Counted from the first letter of the stretch, positions 1 to 10,021 are shown. The stretch is 64,000 nt of DNA from a bacterium (GCA_965205865.1 CBDBHR010000029.1:384001-448000), one strand, 5' to 3'. The notes: generated from the sequence alone by a model not told the origin. Numbers and translations are program-made.

Positions 1-83
1 GTAGCGAAAGGAGAGGTTTTGCTGCCTCGCAGCATCGCATGATACACGGCCCCAGGATAATGAATTCGTTGTTTGCGTGCCAT
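1..83 (-). CDS. N-terminus of a REP-associated tyrosine (HUH, RAYT/TnpA-Y1) transposase, running off the window edge; possibly a pseudogene
   Basis: Not in the ORF track; minus strand from ATG at 83 reads MARKQRIHYPGAVYHAMLRG, matching the typical RAYT start MAR.PRI..PGA.YHV..RG. Confidence 0.7.
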   Translation of the reverse strand, partial: MARKQRIHYPGAVYHAMLRGSKTSPFA

Positions 84-196
84 CGCTCTTTTTGCAAAAT
101 CTCCACGGCCGCTCCTAATCACCAAAGGTCTCGGGAGGAGACCATGACTCAATCCTATGTCTAGGCCTTTTCTAACAAATTAAATACCAATATGCA

Positions 197-2235
197 GTCA
201 CCGTAAAGAACTGACTTATAGTGGTTTCCAGCCACCTTTCGTCATTCCTCCGGTACAAATCCGGACGTGCGCTGCTAACGCATCCGGCTCCTGCTTCGAG
301 TCAGACGCTCAAACGTTGATTCGGATACGGGTGGGTTGTCCTTACAGAAGGAATGTGTAGTTTGACCAGTACTTTGAAGCGTTCCCAGTTCATCCTCTTT
401 GCTTTGTGACTCCTCCGTCTTAGTGATTTGAACCACGTCCGATGGATTTCCGTGCGAAAAGCATTCAAGGAACTCCGGTTGCCGGGGACTCCATAGTAGT
501 TGTACAGACCGTTTAAAACAGACCTGAGCCATTTTCCTTGTTCATGCGCATTTTCATGACGTTTGCGTTTCGCTTCAAGTTTGATCTCTTTGAGCTTCTT
601 TCGCAACCTTTTGGAAATGGTGAGACGGGTGAGCTTGAATTTTCTATCCTTTATCCGAGTGTCACAGACATGAGTGAATCCTGAAAAGTCGAAACTTTCC
701 GGTTTTCCCAGACCTTGTTTTTCCCGGTTATCGGCGGCAAATCGCCCGAACTCGATGAGGCGTGTTTTCTCTTCATGTAAAGTCAGTCCAAATTGAGAGA
801 GGCGTTCTCTTAGTTGGCGATTAAATTTCTGGCCATCTTCAGAATATTGAAAACCCACGACGAAATCATCCGCATAGCGAATGATGTAAACTTCCCCCCG
901 AGCTTCCCGCCTTCTCCATTGATTGACCCATAGATCTAAAACATAGTGCAGATAGATATTTGAATAGATTGGAGAAACTACCGAACCTTGTGGTGTTCCG
1001 ACCACCGTTTCAGACCACTTCCCCTCTTCGATGACTCCGGCGCGCAACGTTTTCTCTGCTAAACGCAGAATCCTTTTGTCGGAGATTCGATGCTCGATAA
1101 ATTTCAGCATCCAATCATGCTGAATTGTGTCGAAAAATCCTTGAATATCCGCATCTAAGATGTAGCTCACTTTCCGTTGGGTAATGGCCACATACAAAGC
1201 GTCTAAGGCTTGATGTTGGCTTCGTCCGGGTCGGAACCCGTAACTAAACCCAAGGAAATCCTCCTCATAGATCGATTCCAACGTCCAAACAAGGGCTTGT
1301 TGTACGATCTTGTCTTCAAGTGCGGCTATTCCGATTGGCCTTTGACGGCCATCCGGTTTAGGAACCCACACTCGCAGAGAAGGGTGAGGACGATAACGTT
1401 CTTGGTGGATCCCCCATCATAAAAAGGTAGACTAAAAAAGCCGTCCGAGGACACCCTATTTCCAGAGTTCGTTAATTCCGGGCTCCATCGATCCTCCCGT
1501 GCAGATCGTTAATCCGCTCCAGGAGATTTATGCCATACTCATTCCAGGTCTCCTCGTCCACTCCCGCCGCTGAGTTGCGATTGAGATCAAAGTAAGCTCT
1601 CCGCAGTAAGTCAGGGTTGATGTGATGAAAGAGATTGTTGAATTGAAGATGGGGGTTCCTCTTCGCCCTTTGGCGCACCCTGCTTAAACCGCTCTCTGAT
1701 TTTACCGGCCTCTGAGTTCCGAACACAGGAGGGCAAGCAGAATTCCTCTCAGCCAAGTCCCTTTGCTCCACAGGCTCCGTTGATTTCCTTTGCATTGTTA
1801 CTCTCTACAAATGATCTCATTGTTCGCCGCTTCATCGCTACTACGAACTTGTCCGACTTCCTGAAAACGTCGATGTCGGGGTTATTTATTAATTTTCCCG
1901 ATCCGACTACCAATGGAATGTTGACAGTCGTCTTCAGGATCTCCCAGGTTCCGATCAAGAAACTTCCACACATGCACCGGGTCTTCGACTCCGCCAGGCT
2001 CGACCGGGACTCACGCTAACGCCTTCGGTTGATGTTGCCTTCCCCACCAGACTACAAGGTCAGCACCTGAAACTATGATTTCGGAGCTCAATACCGAGCC
2101 TATGTTCTCCCCTGTCAACGCTTAGCGTCTATCCTTGCGAATAACCACTCATGACTCGGGGACTCGGCGGGTCGTTACTGCCTTACCGAGTAAGAGACTT
2201 TCACTCTCTATTTCTTGCCAGCTTTCCTGGCGCAC
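197..2235 (-). mobile_element. Group II intron (IIB, bacterial class D/E-like), full length, RT ORF disrupted
   Basis: 5' end GTGCGCCAGGAAAGC at 2235; domain V GAGCCGGATGCG..CGCACGTCCGGAT; domain VI ending ACGGTGAC at 197; RT ORF inside. Confidence 0.92.
301..1795 (-). pseudogene. ltrA: Group II intron reverse transcriptase/maturase (no endonuclease domain), split by an 82-bp insertion
   Basis: ORFs 1472-1795 and 301-1371 carry RT0-7 motifs (PKPDG.QRPIGI, DADI..FFD, GTPQG, YADD); removing 1408-1489 restores ...HGRIHQERYRPHPSLRVWVPK. Confidence 0.88.
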
Positions 2236-2288
2236 AGCCTGACCCCAGATGGATGAAAAACTCATACGCTTAAGACAATTTCTTAATA

Positions 2289-4690
2289 CATGACTTTCGG
2301 CTAAATAAATATTAACGAAATTTAAGTGTCATTTTTCTTAACTTCTCGATATAATCGCCGTATGCCAGGTGAAATAAAACCTTAAGCCCAAGGCGATTTC
2401 GTTGAGAACTATCAAAAAAGAAAAAGAAAGACTAGCAGAAATTCTTAAACTCTTTAAAAAGGTTGAAGAGTCAGTTCTCTCTGTGAAAGAATATTTTCAA
2501 AACCACCAAACTCCTATCAGTATGAGGCAGTATAGTCGCTTAAAGAAACGCTATACGCAGCAAGGCGTAGCTGGTCTTGCCGATCAGCGTCAGGTCGGTA
2601 ACGCACGAAAAATTAAACCCGACGAGATCAGTTTGGTTCATGGAACCTTGGCCTATAATCGCAACCTAACGTCCCAATCATTACAAGATGAATTGCAAAA
2701 TCAATGGGGAATTACGGTAGGCCAACGTCGTATTGAGCAAATCCGACAAGAGTTTAATTTAACGCGCATTAAGTCACAAACGATTCAGCAGGAAACACTC
2801 CCGTTTGCCGGTATTGAAATTTTTTCAGCCTTAGCGCAATATGTTGGTCTTCTCGAGCATTGGAATATTACGATTCAACAACGTTTACAACAAGTCCAAG
2901 AAACGCCATCGCCAAAAGCCAATAAAGGCGGAGATCATATCCGAGCCCGTCATCGTGATGGCACCTTCTCTGCCCGCTACAATCGTCTGGCCAGCGTTCG
3001 TCATACCAAGTTTGCCTCGATCACCGATAAAGTCAAAGATAAAGATTTCAGTAGATTCACCCTTTCTCAATTAAAAGCCGAGAATTTAAAGCGAAAAAAT
3101 TTAGCCCTCTTGTTTTTACCTTTAGTCACCAATAACGGTGCCATGCGTCATGTGAATACCCCCTTAGGGAATGCTTTACGATACGCCTGTGGGTACAATT
3201 ATAAAAATGCCACCCTGGACAAATACCTCAGAGAACTCAAGTATCTTCAAGTCTCGGCAGACTTGATTAACTGCAACGCTCGGTTTTGGCATCAATTTTG
3301 GCAACAATATGATGCTCCGGATCACAAAGTGGCCTGTTATTATATCGATGGTAATGTTAAACCTTTGTGGTCCTCCAAACGCTGCCGCAAAGGTAAAGTG
3401 ACGATGATGGGCCGCGTGATGGGATGTATCGAACAAGTGGTGATCCATGATGGCCATGGCCGGCCACTTTATCTGCGAACCTTTTCTGGCCATGCGGACT
3501 TACGAGAAAATGCGCTGCGGACGATGGATGAATTGGACATCGTTTTAAATAAAAAACGAGAGTCCCGCGCTAAAGAATCACCTGGCAGCCGCGCATTGAT
3601 CATTGATGGGGCGGGCAATGCTGTTCAAACACTGAGAGCTTTTTCAGAATCGGACTATCATTATATTACCATTCTCGATACCAATCAGATAGTAGATCGC
3701 AAATTTAAGCATCTGAAAGCGCCGCAACGTTATCAGTACGGTGAAGCCTTCCTGATTGATTGCCGCATCGAGTTAATGGACTCAAAAGAATCAGGCTATC
3801 TCTACGAGAGCCGCGCGCTGCGGGTTCAGTGGGATAATGGTAAAGAATGCTGTTTAGTCACCAGTATCCCCTCAAACCTCTTTTATGCTTCAGAAGTGGT
3901 CAAGGCTTATTTTGATCGTTGGCCCTATTGCGAAAAACAATATGCCCTGATGAAGGCCGCGACCTGTTTTAGTCAAGTGGTGGGTTATGGGAAAAAACTT
4001 TTGCCGGATGAAAATACTTTAGAAAAAATCGAAAAACTTCAAACCGACTTGCGAAAACTGCGGCAGGAATTAAAAATTCCGCTTTCGAGAATTACAGTCG
4101 AGGAGAAGAAACTCCAGGATTTATTTGAGAAAGAACGTCAATTTAAAGAAAGAAGCACAATTAACAAAAAAGGCCAACGGGATCAATCTCAACGAAATCA
4201 GGAAAATCTTGAATCTTGTCAGAAGGATATCCGAAGGATTCAACGTCAAATAAAGACGATAGAAGAAGCCTTCAAAAAACAGTTTCAGACTCTACGGCAA
4301 AAGAGCAAAGAATTCGCGCGTATCCAGGGTAAACGGAAAGTTTACCATGTCGATGTTGAACTCGACCAACTAATGACCAGTTTTCGACTAACGCTGGCAA
4401 ATCTTCTCGTTTTTCTGGCAAAGGAAATTTTAGATCATACGCCCATAGAAATGAATACCTTGATCCAGTCCATCTTATTTTTATCAGGAAGAATTGAACA
4501 TCTCCCGGATCGTCGAAAAATTGTCATCAACAAAAATGAAAAAGATCCTCAGTTTATGAATAAATTACAGAAGGGCTTATCGAAGCTTAACGCCCTAAAA
4601 ATCAGGTACTCCAGCGGGGTGGTTTACGAATTTGTCTTGAACTAATGGACATTTAAATTTCGTATATTTTTGATATAGCCGAAAGTCATG
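2289..4690 (+). mobile_element. Intact 2402-bp insertion sequence of uncertain family
   Basis: Perfect 15-bp TIR CATGACTTTCGGCTA / TAGCCGAAAGTCATG; 5-bp TSD TAATA (2284-2288, 4691-4695); single large ORF. Confidence 0.9.
2402..4645 (+). CDS. Large DDE transposase (747 aa) with N-terminal HTH and long coiled-coil insertion
   Basis: YIDGNVK, LIIDGAG and YFDRW..CE motifs; ORF fills the TIR-bounded element. Confidence 0.8.
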   Translation: MRTIKKEKERLAEILKLFKKVEESVLSVKEYFQNHQTPISMRQYSRLKKRYTQQGVAGLADQRQVGNARKIKPDEISLVHGTLAYNRNLTSQSLQDELQNQWGITVGQRRIEQIRQEFNLTRIKSQTIQQETLPFAGIEIFSALAQYVGLLEHWNITIQQRLQQVQETPSPKANKGGDHIRARHRDGTFSARYNRLASVRHTKFASITDKVKDKDFSRFTLSQLKAENLKRKNLALLFLPLVTNNGAMRHVNTPLGNALRYACGYNYKNATLDKYLRELKYLQVSADLINCNARFWHQFWQQYDAPDHKVACYYIDGNVKPLWSSKRCRKGKVTMMGRVMGCIEQVVIHDGHGRPLYLRTFSGHADLRENALRTMDELDIVLNKKRESRAKESPGSRALIIDGAGNAVQTLRAFSESDYHYITILDTNQIVDRKFKHLKAPQRYQYGEAFLIDCRIELMDSKESGYLYESRALRVQWDNGKECCLVTSIPSNLFYASEVVKAYFDRWPYCEKQYALMKAATCFSQVVGYGKKLLPDENTLEKIEKLQTDLRKLRQELKIPLSRITVEEKKLQDLFEKERQFKERSTINKKGQRDQSQRNQENLESCQKDIRRIQRQIKTIEEAFKKQFQTLRQKSKEFARIQGKRKVYHVDVELDQLMTSFRLTLANLLVFLAKEILDHTPIEMNTLIQSILFLSGRIEHLPDRRKIVINKNEKDPQFMNKLQKGLSKLNALKIRYSSGVVYEFVLN

Positions 4691-4705
4691 TAATACCAAT
4701 ATGCA

Positions 4706-5397
4706 GTCACCGTAAAGAACTGACTTATAGTGGTTTCCAGCCACCTTTCGTCATTCCTCCGGTACAGATCCGGACGTGCGCTGCTAACGCATCCGGCTCC
4801 TGCTTCGAGTCAGACGCTCAAACGTTGCCGTTTGGCGCACTCTGCTTAAACCGCTCTCTGATTTTACCGGCTTCTGAGTTCCGAACACAGAAGGGCAAGC
4901 AGAATTCCTCTCAGCCAAGTCCCTTTGCTCCACAGGCTCCGTTGATTTCCTTTGCATTGTTACTCTCTGCAAATGATCTCATTGTTCGCCGCTTCATCGC
5001 TACTACGAACTTGTCCGACTTCCTGAAGAAGTAGATATCGGGGTTATTTATTAATTTTCCCGATCCGACTACCAATAGAATGTTGACAGTCGTCTTCAGG
5101 ATCTCCTAGGTTCCGATCAAGAAACTTCCACACATGCACCGGGTCTTTGACTCCGCCAGGCTCAGCCGAGACTCACGCTAACGCCTTCGGTTGATATTGC
5201 TTTCCCCACCAGACCACAAGGTCAGCGCCTGAAACTATGATTTCGGAGCTCAATACCGAGCCTATGTTCTCCCCTGTCAACGCTTAGCGCCTATCCTTGC
5301 GAATAACCACTCATGACTCGGGGACTCGGCGGGTCGTTACTGCCTTACCGAGTAAGAGACTTTCACTCTCTATTTCTTGCCAGCTTTCCTGGCGCAC
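4706..5397 (-). mobile_element. ORF-less (internally deleted) copy of the group II intron, 692 bp
   Basis: Near-identical to 197-318 plus about 1665-2235; both ends intact; deletion junction near 4827. Confidence 0.9.
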
Positions 5398-5404
5398 AGC
5401 CTGA

Positions 5405-5760
5405 CCCCATTTCGCACTGCCTTTCTTGCCCACTTCAAAAGCAATCTGTTTGGAAAGCGATTTCATTTCCTTGATCAGATGCTCAAAATTCCTCGGGTGG
5501 ATGTTGTTCAAACCCAACTTCTCTAACGAGTTGCCACGGTGGTAGAGTCTTTCCACTAAACGACTGATCAAAGAAGAATCCGTCGGCCAGGCACTATTGG
5601 CCGCCACGACGGTACTATCCAGCTCGAGGACGGCAAAATCATCTAACTCCACCCCAATAATCATCCGAATTTGAACATCAAAAATGAAATGACGGGGCGA
5701 ATTACTGACCGCGTTGAGGTGATCCAAAATCGTACTCATCTCTGGCATTGTCAAACCACG
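5405..5760 (-). pseudogene. IS5/ISNCY-like transposase fragment
   Basis: LDSTVVAANSAWPTDSSL motif; truncated at both ends. Confidence 0.6.
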
Positions 5761-5781
5761 ATTCGCTAAAAAGAGATGTAC

Positions 5782-5924
5782 CTAAATTGAGCGATTCTGA
5801 AAAAGGATCAGATTTTCAAGATGATTTTTTTGCTTGAGAAATGCAATCATTCTGAAATCAGATTTTGATCATCAAATCCATGGATGTTTGAGTGAGAATG
5901 AGCATCAAAATGCTGTTTTCAGAT
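5782..5924. repeat. 143-bp dispersed repeat (probable IS end remnant), inverted copy at 35790-35932
   Basis: Near-identical reverse-complement match between the two loci. Confidence 0.8.
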
Positions 5925-5977
5925 GTGGAAAGTCTTCATTTCTCATGTCATGGACACACTCGTCCCCTTAAACTTTA

Positions 5978-6816
5978 GAATCCGTTTAGTTAAAAAACAC
6001 ACTTGTCTGAGGTAACTTTGATCATGGCAATACGAATCATATTTTCAGCAGTGTTTGTGAGGATTTCAAAATCTTTGGCTAATCTTCTGAATCCCCCGAA
6101 CCAAGCGAATGTGCGCTCCACAATCCAACGTTTTTTCAAGAGCGCCAATTGGCCCTTGATTCCTTTTGCGATGTCGAGTTTCGGTCCCAATACCTTTTCA
6201 ACAAACTCCCGCGAGGCGCCACAATATCCTTGGTCAGTGGAAAAAGCTCTCGAGCTTGGATATTTGCGAGTGGTTTGCTCAAAAACAGCACTCCCTTCCT
6301 TGGTTTCGGATTGGTTCGCCGCATGGACTTTCACATATAAAAGATTGCCCAAAGTATCGACGCTAATATGGCGTTTACGCCCTTTGATTTTTTTCCCCCA
6401 TCAACACCCCGCTCTTTGGAAGCGTATTGGGTTTTCACACTTTGAGAATCGACGATGGCATGACTGGGAAAAGGCTTCTTGCCCTGTTTCACGCGAGTGC
6501 GGGCATTGAGGAAATCCAAAACTTCTTGCCAAATCCCTCTTTGAATCCAGCGGCGATAATGATCATAAACGGTTTGCCAGGGAGGAAAATCATGGGGAAG
6601 CAATCTCCACTGACAACCCGTTTTCACTACATATAAAACCGCATTGACGATGGTATGTTTGCTATCAATACTCCTGGCCCCCCGAGGGTCGGAACATGTA
6701 AAAAAATGTTCAATCTCAGACCATTGTTGATCGCTTAAATTGCTTGAATACATCAATCTCATTTTTAAAAAAATGGAAATTTAGTAAACATGTAATTTTT
6801 TATCCAAACAGCTTCT
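5978..6816 (-). mobile_element. IS5 family element with two-ORF, frameshifted transposase (6331-6762 and 5990-6352)
   Basis: YSSNLSDQQW, KTGCQWRLLPHDFPPWQTVY, AIVDSQSVKT, KRWIVERTFAW motifs; GGGGAAAAAAA slippery site; imperfect terminal IRs. Confidence 0.85.
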
Positions 6817-6887
6817 TAGCGAAATTGAAATAAAACCTTCAGCCAAAGGCGATTTCTTGAAAACTATCAAAAAAGAAAAAGAAAGAC
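6817..6887 (+). mobile_element. Left-end remnant of the 2289-4690 IS family
   Basis: Matches 2371-2432 (gaaataaaacctt...atcaaaaaagaaaaagaaagac). Confidence 0.7.
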
Positions 6888-7238
6888 AGATCTTCGATGC
6901 GGAGTGCCGCTTCCGCGGACGTGGTCCGGCATCCCGGCCGCATCGGCGGTCGTGCGCGACTGCGACCGGCCCACAGGAAATCAAGAAAATTTTAAAGCAT
7001 ATCGGAGAGGAAACGGGCAGGGCCCCTTTCCTCCTCCCCTCTATCACTGCATGTGAGTTGGTAGTCTCTGAAGAGGTCTCTTTATTGACAATTGCCAAAT
7101 TCAGACAGAGAGCAGTGCGGAGAAATCGAGAAAATGACTGTGAGACAAAGCGAAAATAAATAAATCTCGCTGTTGCCCAAACACTTTGATATACTTATTG
7201 AAAATAGTGTTTTGTTGTTCCTTTCTTTGAGGAGTATC

Positions 7239-8048
7239 ATGCTGAAACATCCCATTGCTCCGACGGTAGACTGTATCTTCAAGGCCATTTTGGGGGCAGA
7301 GGAAAACAAAAATTTACTGATTGATTTTCTCAATAGTGTTCTTGCTCCGCAGTCTCCCATTTCGGATGTCGAAATCCTCAATCCTTACAATGAACGTGAA
7401 TTTTATAAAGATAAGTTGACGATTGTCGATATCAAAGCGAAAGATGAAAACGAGACGGCCTACCAGATAGAAATTCAATTATTGGTTTTTTCTTATTTGC
7501 CGGAGAGAATGCTCTACACGTGGAGCGACATCTACCAGTCCCAGCTAACAAGCGGGGAAAAATTCTCAGAATTACGTCCGGTTATCTCCATTTGGCTGTT
7601 GACTGAAAACCTGTTCCACCAAAGCCCAGCCTACCATCATCACTTCCAAATGCTCGATGAAGCGAACCAACAACGATTATCGGAGCATTGCTCAATCCAT
7701 ACGTTAGAATTGGAGAAATGGCAGTTTTCCGAGACACTGAACCCTGAAGGTGAATGGCTTTATTTTTTTAAGGAAGCCGAGAATTGGAGAGAATTACCCG
7801 AAATCATCAACACCCCTAAAATGAGGCAAGCGATGGCAGTCTTAGAGAGATTTTCTGAAAAAGAAGCGAATTATCATTTATACCAAGCCCGTCAAAACGC
7901 CATCCGTGAGGAGAAAACAAGGCAACAACTTTTAGAAGAAGCGATGCGAGAAAAAGAAGAAGCGGTGCGAGAAAAAGAAGAGGAGAAAGCGAAAAATAAA
8001 CGTCTCATGGAACTCTTGAAAAAAGAAGGAATTGATCCAAGTGTGTAA
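7239..8048 (+). CDS. Rpn family PD-(D/E)XK nuclease (PDDEXK_2 type)
   Basis: D.IFK.ILG, VDIKAKD, IEIQ motifs; GAGGAG RBS before ATG 7239; acidic/basic repeat tail. Confidence 0.85.
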   Translation: MLKHPIAPTVDCIFKAILGAEENKNLLIDFLNSVLAPQSPISDVEILNPYNEREFYKDKLTIVDIKAKDENETAYQIEIQLLVFSYLPERMLYTWSDIYQSQLTSGEKFSELRPVISIWLLTENLFHQSPAYHHHFQMLDEANQQRLSEHCSIHTLELEKWQFSETLNPEGEWLYFFKEAENWRELPEIINTPKMRQAMAVLERFSEKEANYHLYQARQNAIREEKTRQQLLEEAMREKEEAVREKEEEKAKNKRLMELLKKEGIDPSV

Positions 8049-8105
8049 GCTCTTTCGCCTCTATTTCTCATGATAACCGCGCATGTAACAATTCAAGAAC
8101 AAAAA

Positions 8106-8166
8106 TGCCAACAAACCGTTTCAGGCCACGCTTCCTCCACCGTTTTGCGCTTCAAAATTTGGGAAG
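8106..8166 (+). other. Truncated attC-like site
   Basis: TGCCAAC inverse-core-like motif after the gene, followed by an imperfect hairpin; cut off by a GGGGTCAG mini-element. Confidence 0.35.
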
Positions 8167-8246
8167 GGGGTCAGGCCTTTGATTAAATGAAAAGGTGGCA
8201 AAAAAACTGAACTCGTTCCTAATAAAATAATCAAAGGCCTGACCAC
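8167..8246. mobile_element. 80-bp mini-element with GGGGTCAG-type terminal inverted repeats
   Basis: GGTCAGGCCTTTGATTA ... TAATCAAAGGCCTGACC perfect 17-bp IR. Confidence 0.7.
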
Positions 8247-8249
8247 TTT

Positions 8250-9120
8250 TCAGGTGCGTCTTCGTAACGCAAATGGGCCCAGTAAGCGCCCATGTCCCCA
8301 AGTATTTCAATCTCCACGTCAACGCCAATCCGGGACCAGTAGATTTTGAGAATCCGTGCCATATCGGAGTTGCCGGAAATCCGATGTTTTCCATCGCCCA
8401 CAAAAAGCTAGACCTTAATGCAATTGGGGTAGCCGGCTTCCGCCAGCGGTTCTTTTGCCTTCTTCGGATCAAAGGCGTAGCCCTCTTGAACCGCTTTTGG
8501 CAGCTCATGAAACGGAGTGTAGAACCCCTTCACATTTATCATGGGCGGAGGAATCGCCTCGACCGCACCCTGGTAGTAGGTCCTGGCGAGTTCCTCAAGA
8601 TTGATTGCTTTCTGCATGGCCTGCCGCACCCTGATGTCAGGGTAAACCGGTGCGCAGGGCCGCATGGGCGGTAGCCTCATCCAGGGTAACCAAGAATTTC
8701 AATTCGTCCACATAGGGCAAGCGGAAATTGTACTCTGGGAAGAGCTCGTCGCTACGATGGTAATTGGGTTTTTTGCGGTAAGTGTAGGAGGTTCCTTTTT
8801 GGAATTTCTTCGCTATAAACATACCGGTCCCTATCTGGAGCTCAAAACTACCAATGCCCTTGAAATGGTCAACCGCTTCACGGGTATGGATATGCATCGT
8901 GACAAGTTGGGCCATGAGATCGACGGAGAAATTAAAGGCAAATTTGTGATGGAAAACCACCGTATACTTATCGGGTACCTCCACAGAACTCACGCCTTCG
9001 ATTGAGGCGTAAGAGATAGCCTGGCTTTTCTCGGTAAAACCGCTACCCGTTCCCAACATCTGTTCAAATGAAAAAGCTCCAGGAGCACTGCCCGACCCTG
9101 CCGAGGTTCGCGGGCACTGA
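8250..9120 (-). pseudogene. Fragment of a family-5 (peptide/nickel) ABC substrate-binding protein
   Basis: IGTGMF, RLPYVDEL, AALRTG, DIRVRQAMQKAI, LAEAGYP motifs spread over three frames. Confidence 0.8.
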
Positions 9121-9132
9121 TTTTTCATCGGC

Positions 9133-9354
9133 TTGGAGTGGGTGAGCGATCGTGCCACCAAAACCCCCGATCGTGACAGTGCTGTGGTAGTCATCAATCG
9201 CCTGAAGGCCAAGGGGTTCTTCATTAGCAATGCCGGGACATTGGGCAATGTTCTCAAAATTCGACCACCGCTGGCGTTACAACAGGAACATGCCGATTTG
9301 TTTCTCACCGCGTTTGAAGAAAGCATCGGGGAGAGCTATGGCAAAGGCTCTTGA
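9133..9354 (+). pseudogene. C-terminal fragment of a class-III aminotransferase
   Basis: G..GNVLKIRPPL motif; N-terminus missing. Confidence 0.75.
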
Positions 9355-9590
9355 CGAGGACACCTTGCGGGCAGTCGCCAAGTGGGCGTTGGAGGAGTGG
9401 GACCTCCACGTCGTGCAGCTCGAACTGATTTCGATCTCCGAGAATACTGTGTTTCGAGTCGATACGGACGCTGGCGCATCCTATGCTTTGCGTATCCATC
9501 GCCCTGGCTATCACAACCTCGCCGAACTGAATTTCGAACAACAATGGACCACGGCGTTGAACCGCGCAGGCATCAGCGCACCGGCGCTCG
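9338..9590 (+). pseudogene. N-terminal fragment of an APH/type II homoserine kinase-like phosphotransferase, fused to unrelated sequence
   Basis: SENTVFRV...YALRIHRPGYH motif, similarity lost after about 9585. Confidence 0.7.
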
Positions 9591-9827
9591 AAAAATGGCC
9601 ATATCACGATCTCGGGGTTGGTCTGCCGGAGACTCCTTACCACATCGAGGGTTCTTATGTCAACGACTCCGGCGTGTTGTTTTATCAACTTTACCCGTGC
9701 GTAGTGCCAAGATACGTATGGCTTCTTCTGGCATTAAGAGGGCCCCAAACTCGTCAACGTAGGGATTTTCGCGGCAGACACAACGTCTGCCACGATCAAC
9801 CCCACGAATCGGGCCAGAAAATACTTA

Positions 9828-10021
9828 ACCTGAATTCGACATAGATCTTCAATAATATGAGTATCCTAGTGTATATGTCATCCTCGCGAAAGCGGGGATC
9901 CGGATTTCAGTCTGGCTGCATACCTCTGGATTCCTGTTTTCGCAGGAATGACAAGGTTTCTCTAAGATATGAAGATTCCATAACATATTGAATTTATTAA
10001 ATTCTTATCTCGAATTCAGGT
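9828..10021. mobile_element. MITE family A (IS982-like ends) with internal REP hairpin
   Basis: TIR ACCTGAATTCGA; 6-bp TSD TACTTA; four copies in window. Confidence 0.85.

Noticed and set aside
301-1795. RT as part of a retron, DGR or defence RT system
   Set aside because: Embedded in canonical group II intron RNA ends; no TR/VR pair or msr-msd found
184-5409. Two 25-bp direct repeats with a 38-bp spacer after removing the introns and IS, resembling a minimal CRISPR
   Set aside because: Only two units, no cas genes, and the repeat ends in the RAYT-associated CTGACCCC motif
6890-7030. IS91-like C-terminal fragment (EIKKILKHIG)
   Set aside because: Too short and chimeric to support a call
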